From: Geopsychrobacteraceae bacterium | GTDB lineage: Bacteria > Desulfobacterota > Desulfuromonadia > Desulfuromonadales > Geopsychrobacteraceae | DNA length: 64,000 nt | Assembly (NCBI GenBank): GCA_963662315.1 | Contig: OY759353.1 | Span: forward strand, 1,952,001 to 2,016,000 | Reading direction: 5' to 3' | Shown here: positions 1-8,757 of the stretch, piece by piece | Numbering within the stretch: the stretch's first letter is position 1 | Layout: the number at the start of each line of letters is the position of its first letter | Position numbers and translations under genes: made by a program | The notes under the pieces: generated by a model | Seen by the model: the letters and a program-made list of their open reading frames with translations, nothing else | Told to the model about the DNA's origin: nothing | Database searches by the model: none

Positions 1-1905
1 GGCGAATTTAAGTGCCTGTCAACACCGCATAACCCAGCCGAAGCTGTACTTGACGGGATTCGCCGAATTGCCGGTGAACGCAACTACAATCTGGTTCATG
101 GATCGACAGTCGCCACCAACGCCATCCTTGAAAAACGCGGTGCCCGTACCGCGCTGATAACCAATAGAAAGTTTGAGGATGTCATTGAAATTGCCCGCCA
201 AAACCGGGAAGAACTCTACAACTTTACTTACCGGAAAAATCCGCCATTGGTGCCAAAACATTTGCGCTTTGGAATTTCCGGCCGCGTCGATCATAGCGGT
301 CACATTATTGAAGAACTGACCAGCGACGATCTGGATCAATTGCTTGTCGAGTTACAAAGCCATAAGATTGAATCGATCGCTGTCTCACTGCTGTTTTCCT
401 TTGCCAATCACCAGCACGAACTGGCAGTCAGACATGCCCTGATGCCACTCAATATTCCCCTGTCGCTGTCCCATGAAACCCTGGCCGAATTCCGCGAGTA
501 CGAGCGCACTTCAACAACCGTCATCAATGCCTATGTTGCCCCCAAGATGACGCGCTACCTGACCGACCTGAATCAGCATATCGGTCAGCAGCCGTTCCGC
601 ATCATGCAATCTAATGGAGGCAGCATATCGGCCGCAACCGCCATGCGCGAATCGGTACGCACCATCTTGTCCGGCCCTGCCGGAGGTGCTGTTGGCGCTT
701 TTGAGCTGGGTCGTATGGCCGGTTTTGATAAACTGATTACTTTCGACATGGGGGGGACCTCCACCGATGTCGCTTTGCTTGACGGCAAGCTGCCATTGAC
801 CATGGAATCAAAAATCGCCGGGTACCCGGTCAAAGTACCAATGATCGATATTCACACCGTTGGCGCAGGTGGCGGCTCACTTGCCACTATCGATACAGGA
901 GGTTCCTTGAAAGTGGGACCGGAAAGCGCGGGAGCAGATCCTGGCCCAATCTGCTACGGAAAAGGCACCAAAATTACTGTCACCGATGCCAACCTGTACC
1001 TGGGCCGCCTGATCCCGGACCAGTTTCTGGGTGGTCATATGAACCTGGATATGACCAAGCTTGATAACTATTTCTCGCAAATGGCGTCAAAACTGGGGAT
1101 AACCCCGACCGATCTGGCTGAAGGGATTTTAAGCATCGCCAACACGACAATGGATCGCGCCATTAAGGTTATCTCGGTTCAACGTGGCTTTGACCCGCGT
1201 GAATTCACACTGTTTTCCTTTGGCGGTGCCGGGGGACTGCATGCTGCCTATCTGGCCCGCGATCTGAACATGAACAATGTCTTTATCCCTATCAATCCTG
1301 GAATTCTGTCGGCAGCAGGCATGTTGATGTCAGACGTCATCAAGGACTACTCGCAAACCATTATGACCCGTCAGACTGAAACGTCTCTCGATAGTCTTAA
1401 AAAATATTTCAGCGCTTTGGAACAGCGTGGACGGCTAGATCTGCACCAGGAAGGGGTTGCTGAGACTCAAATAGCCCTCGAACAATTCCTGGACATGCGC
1501 TACCTGGGACAATCCTACGAAATCATGGTCCCTTTTTCACCGGACTACTGTGAGCAGTTTCACCTGCTGCATGAGCAGACCTATGGTTACAGTAACCGCC
1601 ACAAGCAGATTGAAATTGTCAATGTCCGGCTACGGGCTCTGGGAAAACCGGAAAAACCGGTGTTCCCCCAACTCCCCTACCTGGGAGAAAAATTACCGCC
1701 AACGGCCATCATCGACCGGCGGGAAGTCATCTTTGATGGCCAGACGGAAAGCGCAGCGATCATCGATCGCAATCTGTTAGGTTACGGGAACCGGATTCAG
1801 GGACCGGCCATTATTGTCGAATATTCATCGACCATTGTCGTCCCCCCCTTTGCCGCCGGTCACGTCGATGCGTTCGGCAATATCATTTTGCAGATCACGG
1901 CTTGA
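1..1905 (+). CDS. Hydantoinase/5-oxoprolinase A-type subunit (5'-truncated by the window edge)
   Basis: Frame 1 is open from base 1 (LSTPHNPAEAV..., HGSTVATNAILE). Contains EFREYERTSTTVINAY, SGPAGG, DMGGTSTDV, VGAGGGS and SAGADPGP motifs. Confidence 0.9.
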   Translation, partial: GEFKCLSTPHNPAEAVLDGIRRIAGERNYNLVHGSTVATNAILEKRGARTALITNRKFEDVIEIARQNREELYNFTYRKNPPLVPKHLRFGISGRVDHSGHIIEELTSDDLDQLLVELQSHKIESIAVSLLFSFANHQHELAVRHALMPLNIPLSLSHETLAEFREYERTSTTVINAYVAPKMTRYLTDLNQHIGQQPFRIMQSNGGSISAATAMRESVRTILSGPAGGAVGAFELGRMAGFDKLITFDMGGTSTDVALLDGKLPLTMESKIAGYPVKVPMIDIHTVGAGGGSLATIDTGGSLKVGPESAGADPGPICYGKGTKITVTDANLYLGRLIPDQFLGGHMNLDMTKLDNYFSQMASKLGITPTDLAEGILSIANTTMDRAIKVISVQRGFDPREFTLFSFGGAGGLHAAYLARDLNMNNVFIPINPGILSAAGMLMSDVIKDYSQTIMTRQTETSLDSLKKYFSALEQRGRLDLHQEGVAETQIALEQFLDMRYLGQSYEIMVPFSPDYCEQFHLLHEQTYGYSNRHKQIEIVNVRLRALGKPEKPVFPQLPYLGEKLPPTAIIDRREVIFDGQTESAAIIDRNLLGYGNRIQGPAIIVEYSSTIVVPPFAAGHVDAFGNIILQITA

Positions 1906-1918
1906 AAGGTTACTGACC

Positions 1919-3493
1919 ATGTCAACCAACCCGATCCTTATGCAGGTGTTTAAAAACCGCTTTGCTGCCATTGCCGAAGAGATGGGTGTCACCCTCAACC
2001 GCACCGCCTTTTCCCCCAACATCAAAGAACGACGTGATTTCTCTTGCGCCCTGTTTGATGCGAGCGGCGACATGATCGCTCAGGCGGCGCATATTCCGGT
2101 GCACCTGGGCTCCATGCCCCTGTCGGTAAAAGCAGCCATCGCCAGCCAAACGTTAAATGAGGGGGATATGGTGATGCTCAATAATCCTTTTGCGGGCGGT
2201 ACCCACCTGCCCGACATCACCCTGGTCGCGCCAGTCTATGTCGGTCAGGACCAACCCATTTATTATGTCGCCAACCGTGCGCACCACGCCGATGTTGGCG
2301 GCATGACGGCAGGTTCGATGCCGCTGTCGACCACGCTGTACCAGGAAGGGGTCATCATTTCGCCGTTGAAAATCGTTGAACAGGGGAAAATCGATGAGAA
2401 GCTGATGTCCTTCCTGCTTGCCAACGTCCGCACCCCCATCGAACGGGAAGGCGATTTTTCCGCCCAGATCATGGCGAACCGTATTGGCATACGCCGCACC
2501 GCAGAATTGATCGAAAAATATGGCCAGGAAACTGTCAACCTCTATGCTGAGAGCCTGAATCAGCACTCCGAAGCCATTCTGCGCAACACCATCGCGGCTA
2601 TCCCGGATGGTCGCTATCATTTCAGCGATAGCATGGATGATGATGGCATGAACAGCCAGAACATCACGATTGTCCTGCAGCTGGATATCATTGGAGATGA
2701 AGCGGTTCTCGACTTCAGCGCCAGTGCCCCCCAGGTCAGCGGCAGCATCAACGCGGTTTATGCCATTACCCTGTCTGCCGCACTCTATGTATTCCGCGGC
2801 CTGGTTAAAGATGATATCACCACCAATGCCGGTTGTTTACGGCCGCTGAAAGTCATTACCCGCGAAGGTACGATTGTCGATGCCACCTTCCCCGCCGCTG
2901 TTGCTGGCGGCAATGTGGAAACCTCGCAGCGCATTGTCGATGTTATTCTGGGAGCCCTGGCTCAGGCCATTCCACAGCGGGTTCCAGCCGCCAGTCAGGG
3001 AACCATGAACAATACTACCATCGGCGGCATCGATCCGCGCAGCGGGTTGACCTTCGCTTATTACGAAACCCTCGCCGGTGGTGCGGGAGCCAGCATCGGC
3101 AATCCTGGTGAATCAGCCATGCATACACACATGACCAATACCCTCAATACCCCCATTGAGGCCCTCGAATACAGTTATCCGCTGCAAGTCACTGAATACT
3201 CGATTCGCCAGGATTCGGGAGGCAACGGCCAATCCAAAGGAGGAGAAGGGTTGGTGCGGGAGATAAAAATGCTGACCGATGCGGAAGTAACAATTCTTTC
3301 TGAACGACGCGTACTACGCCCCTACGGACTGGCCGGGGGAAAGCCAGCAGCAACCGGAAAAAATCAGATTATTGCAGACGGTCAGTGCCAGCAGATGCCA
3401 GGGAAATTTTCGCGTAAACTGGCTAAGGGAGATATGCTCAGAATCGAGACACCTGGTGGCGGTGGGTACGGAAAAGAGTCAGAGCAAAGCTGA
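1919..3493 (+). CDS. Hydantoinase B/oxoprolinase family subunit
   Basis: FSPNIKERRDFSCA, PVHLGSM, GGTHLPD, AHHADVGG, SQGTMNN, HMTNTLNTPIE and TPGGGGYG motifs. ATG at 1919, 13 bp after the A-subunit stop. Confidence 0.9.
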   Translation: MSTNPILMQVFKNRFAAIAEEMGVTLNRTAFSPNIKERRDFSCALFDASGDMIAQAAHIPVHLGSMPLSVKAAIASQTLNEGDMVMLNNPFAGGTHLPDITLVAPVYVGQDQPIYYVANRAHHADVGGMTAGSMPLSTTLYQEGVIISPLKIVEQGKIDEKLMSFLLANVRTPIEREGDFSAQIMANRIGIRRTAELIEKYGQETVNLYAESLNQHSEAILRNTIAAIPDGRYHFSDSMDDDGMNSQNITIVLQLDIIGDEAVLDFSASAPQVSGSINAVYAITLSAALYVFRGLVKDDITTNAGCLRPLKVITREGTIVDATFPAAVAGGNVETSQRIVDVILGALAQAIPQRVPAASQGTMNNTTIGGIDPRSGLTFAYYETLAGGAGASIGNPGESAMHTHMTNTLNTPIEALEYSYPLQVTEYSIRQDSGGNGQSKGGEGLVREIKMLTDAEVTILSERRVLRPYGLAGGKPAATGKNQIIADGQCQQMPGKFSRKLAKGDMLRIETPGGGGYGKESEQS

Positions 3494-3503
3494 AAGAAAA
3501 AAT

Positions 3504-3599
3504 CCCCTCTCCCTCAGGGAGAGGGCCAGGGTGAGGGGGAAACAGCACAAAAGCCCCTCATCCACCCCTTCGGGGCACCTTCTCCCAGAGAGAGAAGGA
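3504..3599. repeat. REP-like palindromic doublet (CCCTCTCCC-N3-GGGAGAGGG type)
   Basis: CCCTCTCCCTCAGGGAGAGGG hairpin followed by GGGTGAGGGG. Then an inverted partner CCCCTCATCC...CCTTCTCCCAGAGAGAGAAGG. Lies between convergent genes. Confidence 0.75.
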
Positions 3600-3626
3600 A
3601 AGAATAAATACTCAACAACAGACGAC

Positions 3627-5558
3627 TCAGTCCTCTTTCATGACGTAGATTTCTCCGTCATAGACACCCTGAATATGAACATTCTGGGCCACCAGGCTAC
3701 GCAAATAAGTGATGGCCCCCTTTTCCACCTTTTGTCCCGGCACCAGCAGCGGAATGCCCGGGGGGTAAGGAGTCACCAGTCCGGCAGAAGTACGCCCGAC
3801 GGCATGTTCGTAACTGACGCTTTCCCGTTCCCCGAAAAACGCTTTTGACGGCGAACAATTCAAGGTAATCTTCGGCAGGCTTTCCAGTTTCTTTTTCCGG
3901 TTTCTGGTAATCGGAATCGCCGCCTTTTTCTGATCGAGCTTTTTCAATGCGTTGTACAGACGAATAACCTTGGAGCGGGTTCCCCCCAGGGTCAGCAATA
4001 CCAGCATGGTTGAGTGGGTGAATTTTTCAATTTCCAGTCCGATTTCATCGAGCAAATAACGATGGATCTCAGTGGTTGAATAATCAAGACGACTGACATC
4101 AATCAGGATTTTCAGCGGGTCATGGCCAACATTATCCTGTTCGAAATGGGGAAAAGCCTCCTGAAAATCTTCCGGTCCGAGAATTTTGATATAGCGAAAG
4201 TTCTTCATCTGCTCTTTGAGCTCAGCAACCTGGTCAAGCAAGTCCTTGAGCAACCCGTACCCTTCCATTTCCAGCTGTTTATGACAAACATCCAAAGAAG
4301 CGATGATCTGGTATTTGGGAGAGGTACTGACATACATGCTAAAAATTTCGTGAAAGAAATCCGCATCAAAATCGGGATCATTGACGTGAATATAGCTGGC
4401 TTGCGAAAATGCCGAGACAACCTTGTGCGCCGAATGGGTGATATAGTCAGCCCCGGAATCGATGGCGGAGTAATAACGAAAGCGCGGATGAAACAGGGAA
4501 TAGGCAAACCAGGCTTCATCGATAAAAACCTTGATCCCTTTTTCATGAGCCATGGCAGCAACCTTACGAATATCCATCAATAAGCCTTCGTAAGTACAGC
4601 CGGTCAGTACAATCAGTTTTGCCTCAGGATGTTTCTCAATAGTCTCCCTGATTTCAGCCAGGGTCGGTGGTGCGAAGATACCGTAATCGGGATGCAGCAC
4701 ACTGCTCAGGTACAGCGGTTCGGCCCCTGACTGCACAATACCGTAATGCACCGATTTATGGCAGTTGCGATCTACGATAACCTTGTCGCCATTGCGCAGC
4801 AGGGTCTGCAGGATGACCTTGTTCGAGGTGCTTGAGCCGTTGGTAATGAAATAGGTCTTGGTCACTTCAAAGGTATAGGCCGCTGCTTCCTGAGCTTTAC
4901 CTATAGCGTAGGTCCCTTCGGTTAAGGAACCAAGGGAATCGACCGACACCGAGAGATCGCCGACAAACACATTACGCCCGTAAAAATGATAGAAATCATT
5001 GATATAGGGGGAGTTTCTGAAACTCAAGCCCCCGCAGTGCCCAGGCGTATGCCAGGAATCATTGGTTTCGGTAATGTAATTTTTATAGGCCTTCCAGAAC
5101 GGCGCCTGGGAGCGGTCATCAAAATCATTGAGGATGTAGCCGAGTATCGATTCAGGGTCGAGGATAATATCATCACGGAAAAAGAAGGATTCAATATCAA
5201 TCGATTCATCAATGATATTCAGGCCCTGATTTTCATTGCCTAAAATATAAATAGGCACTGAAACGCGGATGGCTTTAATCGCATCGACAATATCGACATT
5301 ATTACACAGATTGTTCTGCTCGCTACCAATACTCCCGTCACAGAACCCTTCCACATCCCAGCTTAAAACCACCGCCTGAATATCAGGATCATTTTCAATC
5401 TGGCTGATGGCCGAAGCGATGGTTGCCGCTTCGATAATTTCAACGATCACGTCGCTACGTTCAAAGTTGGCTATGGCGCCAGCCATATTCTGGGTGATCT
5501 GATCAAGGAGATCGCGATCATCTTCAATAACGAGAATTTTAAGTAAAGGTAGATTCAT
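3627..5558 (-). CDS. PLP-dependent Orn/Lys/Arg decarboxylase (fold type I) with N-terminal receiver-like wing domain
   Basis: WHTPGH, NGSSTSN, DRNCHKSVH, IDEAW, HSAHK (PLP lysine), STSP and TPYPPGIP motifs. N-terminus LKILVIEDD...VVLSWD is CheY-like. Confidence 0.9.
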   Translation of the reverse strand: MNLPLLKILVIEDDRDLLDQITQNMAGAIANFERSDVIVEIIEAATIASAISQIENDPDIQAVVLSWDVEGFCDGSIGSEQNNLCNNVDIVDAIKAIRVSVPIYILGNENQGLNIIDESIDIESFFFRDDIILDPESILGYILNDFDDRSQAPFWKAYKNYITETNDSWHTPGHCGGLSFRNSPYINDFYHFYGRNVFVGDLSVSVDSLGSLTEGTYAIGKAQEAAAYTFEVTKTYFITNGSSTSNKVILQTLLRNGDKVIVDRNCHKSVHYGIVQSGAEPLYLSSVLHPDYGIFAPPTLAEIRETIEKHPEAKLIVLTGCTYEGLLMDIRKVAAMAHEKGIKVFIDEAWFAYSLFHPRFRYYSAIDSGADYITHSAHKVVSAFSQASYIHVNDPDFDADFFHEIFSMYVSTSPKYQIIASLDVCHKQLEMEGYGLLKDLLDQVAELKEQMKNFRYIKILGPEDFQEAFPHFEQDNVGHDPLKILIDVSRLDYSTTEIHRYLLDEIGLEIEKFTHSTMLVLLTLGGTRSKVIRLYNALKKLDQKKAAIPITRNRKKKLESLPKITLNCSPSKAFFGERESVSYEHAVGRTSAGLVTPYPPGIPLLVPGQKVEKGAITYLRSLVAQNVHIQGVYDGEIYVMKED

Positions 5559-5620
5559 AGTAATAATCTTTGTCCAGAGCGACGTGAAAGCAAGGGTGAG
5601 GAACCCGAAACAGGTTTACC

Positions 5621-5649
5621 GTTGTAAGTAAGGATCACGCTCCTGTCAA
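5621..5649 (-). promoter_or_regulatory. Putative sigma70 promoter for the decarboxylase gene
   Basis: Minus-strand TTGACA-N17-TACAAC, about 60 bp upstream of the start codon. Confidence 0.55.
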
Positions 5650-5869
5650 TCTAAAATCCCAGGTAAAAACACTATCAGACCTCTTATCATTTCAAGCAAG
5701 ATACCTACCGTTATGCCGCCGGACACTTATTACGAAAACCGGCAAACCATTTATTGTCAAGAAGTATAACAGCGCTCTTTGGGTTTGAGCCATCTTGCAG
5801 TATTATGGCACTATATTTAGAAGCTCTAGGGCTAAAATAGCTCTTTTAAAAGAGCCATCAGAGGGCATC

Positions 5870-7489
5870 ATGTTTATCAGTCATAACGATTTAATGTGGA
5901 TATTAAGGCGAATTTACGGCCAGAGGTATACCCGCGACACCCTGATTGATAAATTCACGGGCCACAGTATCTTAAGCTTACTCCCCTCCTATAATGGAAT
6001 CGACGCTCTGTTCAGTCTGCTTGACGATAAAACCAGTGTCGTCAAAAAAGTTCTTCCCGCGATTAAAGCCAGAATCAATAGGCCAATCGCTGACCTGGCT
6101 GTTGAGACAGACAACATCACCTTCCTTGAGCTGAAAGAACAACTGCTTCCCATCCTTATTCAGGCTCTTCACTCTGAACGTTTTTCGACCCTGGAAACAG
6201 GGGCCAGAGTCATGATCAAGCCAAACAGCACATGTATCCAGGCAAAACCAGGCAGCGAAGGGTTTATCACTGCCAAAAATCAGTATTCTTCGACAGTTCG
6301 TTTCTATGCCATTTCCGGACGTTTCAGTGTCGATACTTTTTCAGCAGATATTGCCGATGAAGACCTTCAGATAATATCCCGGAGGGGTCTGATTAACAGG
6401 CACCAGAATCTTGAGAGCGCAGCAGAATACCTGTTTAATGACGCTATATTAAGAGCTATGCGCGGAAGATTGAACAACGCTGTGTATACTTGTGTTGCAC
6501 ACCTTGCTGTCAATTTTCTGGTCCAACAGGGTTACCTGCGCCCTGATGGCGCTGAGTTCGTCTGTGTATTGGACCGGATTTTTCCCGTCATGGCCCCGGA
6601 ATTTGATAAAACCTACAGAAATCGTGAATTGTTCAGCTCGCGGACCTTGTCCTCCCCCCCATCAGAGCGCAAAGCACACGTCTTGAGCCTCGAACTAACC
6701 TCCGGATGTGATTACAACCGCTGTACATTCTGTACGGAATACGCCAACCTGCCGGTTGCAACCAAGTCGTTGCCTGAATTTAAACTTCACATAGACCAGG
6801 TTGCCGATTCAATCGGATCGGCGCGGTCTGGAATTCAGCGACTGTTTATCGGTAGCGGCAACACATTGGGAGTCGCAACGGAACAGCTGCTGCAAGCGTT
6901 AGATTATGCATGTGAGGTCTTTCATCCACAAAAGATTACTCTTTATGGCAGAACCTCCGCCATATTAGGCAAAAGCGTTGAAGAGTTAACAAAAATCAAA
7001 GAGGCTGGCGTGACCTTGATCTACTGGGGGCTGGAAAGCGGTTCCGATGAGGTCCTGTCTTATACCAACAAAGGCTGTACCCGTGACCAGATGGTCGCTG
7101 CGGCTCAAAAGCTGGCGGCAGCAGGAATCGATGTTTCCGCCATGCTGATCCCCGGGCTTGGTGGCCTGAAATTTTCAGATGAGCATGTCATGGGTTCCCT
7201 CGAATTGCTCCACAACATTGACATCAAATATCTGACCCTGATGGCGATCAATCCGGATCCGGCTTCGCTGTACGCTAAAAATATGCAGTTCGCAACAGAT
7301 AATCGCCACCTGACGGCAGATGAAGTCAACGCCCAGGTCTACAATCTACTGAAAGGGCTGAAACCAACCGGCTTGCAGATCGGCATGTTCACTGAAGAGA
7401 TCGACCTCGTCAGCAGCAACACCAAACGCTTTAACACTGAGTTCACACCCGCCAATAAAGAAGCATTGTTAAACAGCTTCTGGAATTGA
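5870..7489 (+). CDS. Radical SAM protein with ~270 aa N-terminal extension
   Basis: GCDYNRCTFC (Cx4Cx2C) cluster motif, plus FIGSGN, GLESGSDEVL and IPGLGG. ATG at 5870 follows GAGGG. Confidence 0.85.
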   Translation: MFISHNDLMWILRRIYGQRYTRDTLIDKFTGHSILSLLPSYNGIDALFSLLDDKTSVVKKVLPAIKARINRPIADLAVETDNITFLELKEQLLPILIQALHSERFSTLETGARVMIKPNSTCIQAKPGSEGFITAKNQYSSTVRFYAISGRFSVDTFSADIADEDLQIISRRGLINRHQNLESAAEYLFNDAILRAMRGRLNNAVYTCVAHLAVNFLVQQGYLRPDGAEFVCVLDRIFPVMAPEFDKTYRNRELFSSRTLSSPPSERKAHVLSLELTSGCDYNRCTFCTEYANLPVATKSLPEFKLHIDQVADSIGSARSGIQRLFIGSGNTLGVATEQLLQALDYACEVFHPQKITLYGRTSAILGKSVEELTKIKEAGVTLIYWGLESGSDEVLSYTNKGCTRDQMVAAAQKLAAAGIDVSAMLIPGLGGLKFSDEHVMGSLELLHNIDIKYLTLMAINPDPASLYAKNMQFATDNRHLTADEVNAQVYNLLKGLKPTGLQIGMFTEEIDLVSSNTKRFNTEFTPANKEALLNSFWN

Positions 7490-7562
7490 CCCGCTCCGCT
7501 CTGCCTTTCCATTATTTTTTTACAGCTTTCCCCTAAAACCTAAAATTACAAAGAGACAGCAT

Positions 7563-7704
7563 GTTTTCCGTTTTTAAACGAGCAATTTTGCGTTGTGGCT
7601 AGGAAATCAATCGTTTGCGCGGAGGCGTAGTACTTTACGCCGCACAAGCAAACGAGCAGATTGACAACGCCACAGCACAAAAGGGCCGTTTAAAAGCGCA
7701 AAAC
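7563..7704. repeat. ~140 bp palindromic MITE/REP-like element, copy 1
   Basis: Imperfect terminal inverted repeats GTTTTCCGTTTTTAAACG / CGTTTAAAAGCGCAAAAC. Core GGCGTAGTACTTTACGCCGCACAA...GCAGATTGAC is shared with the copies at 34077 and 38048. Confidence 0.75.
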
Positions 7705-7816
7705 AAAAAAAGTCCCGTAGCCAGGAGGGGACTACGGGACACAATGTTTTGAGAGGTTTCTCGAAAGATATCTACGTTTACTATCGCCGCCCCGCCTGCC
7801 ACAACAAAGCGTCGAT
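7705..7816 (-). ncRNA. Candidate sRNA-1 (~110 nt) with CCCUCCU terminator loop
   Basis: Consensus-like promoter at 7823-7851 and an 11-bp stem terminator plus U7 at 7705-7740. No credible ORF between them. Confidence 0.55.
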
Positions 7817-7822
7817 GTCTTA

Positions 7823-7851
7823 TTTATAACCAATAAGGTCATCTTTGTCAA
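7823..7851 (-). promoter_or_regulatory. sigma70 promoter TTGACA-N17-TATAAA
   Basis: tgtcaa at 7846-7851 and tttata at 7823-7828 on the + strand; 17 bp spacer. Confidence 0.7.
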
Positions 7852-8040
7852 CCAGAAATATAACTTTTTTTGTAACATTTATTACTGCCCAGTCATCCCA
7901 TTATATATCTCATAATTACAACAAGTTGCACGGCCTGATCTTTTTTTCGTAATAGTTTCGTAAAAACTGCCCAAGAGCAATTTCCGCTGCGCAGAACATG
8001 TTAAAGTTTGAATCAGAGCTACTGGAACAGGGAGGGAAGA

Positions 8041-8700
8041 ATGAACGCGCAAAGGAATAAAAGTACCGATTACAGCGTTGGAGAAGAAATTGCCAACAGC
8101 ATCACCCATGGCATTGGCGTGTTGCTGGCAATCATCGGACTGGTTGCGATGATGATAACTGCCGGAAAGTACGGGACGGCTTCACACATCGTCAGCTCCA
8201 GCATTTTTGGCGCTACGCTGATTCTGTTGTACCTGGCGTCAACCCTTTACCACAGCATTCCTGGTGTGCGCGTCAAACAGATCCTGAAAACCATCGATCA
8301 TTCAGCTATTTTTCTGTTGATTGCCGGAAGCTATACACCGTTTGTCTTGGTCTCTTTGCGTGGTGCCTGGGGCTGGTCGCTCTTCGGCACGATCTGGGGA
8401 CTGGCCATTGCAGGAATTGTTATTCAGCTGACCCCGCTGGCCAAAATCAAAGTCCTTTCGGTGGGACTTTACCTGGCTATGGGTTGGGTAGCGATCATTG
8501 CCGTCAAACCAATGGTGGCTGCATTGAACATGTCGGGGTTTACCCTGCTGCTATTGGGCGGCATCACCTATTCCATCGGTGTTATCTTTTATGCCTGGAA
8601 AAAGCTCCCTTACGGCCATGCTATCTGGCACCTGTTCGTTCTGGGCGGCAGCATCTTCCATTTTTTCACGGTTTATTATTACGTTATTCCGCATTCATGA
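8041..8700 (+). CDS. Hemolysin III / PAQR family membrane protein (TrhA/YqfA-like)
   Basis: EEIANSITHG, STLYH, DHSAIFLLIAGSYTPF and HAIWHLFV motifs; multiple hydrophobic segments; GGAGGG RBS. Confidence 0.9.
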   Translation: MNAQRNKSTDYSVGEEIANSITHGIGVLLAIIGLVAMMITAGKYGTASHIVSSSIFGATLILLYLASTLYHSIPGVRVKQILKTIDHSAIFLLIAGSYTPFVLVSLRGAWGWSLFGTIWGLAIAGIVIQLTPLAKIKVLSVGLYLAMGWVAIIAVKPMVAALNMSGFTLLLLGGITYSIGVIFYAWKKLPYGHAIWHLFVLGGSIFHFFTVYYYVIPHS

Positions 8701-8757
8701 CGTCTATCTGCATAGCTTTCATGCTTACAGCCAGCTTCTCTCTTAACGAACGATTGT

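Noticed and set aside
5741..5748. GGCAAACC, resembling the start of a c-di-GMP-I riboswitch
   Set aside because: No following GNRA-capped stem, ACGCAAA linker or second stem.
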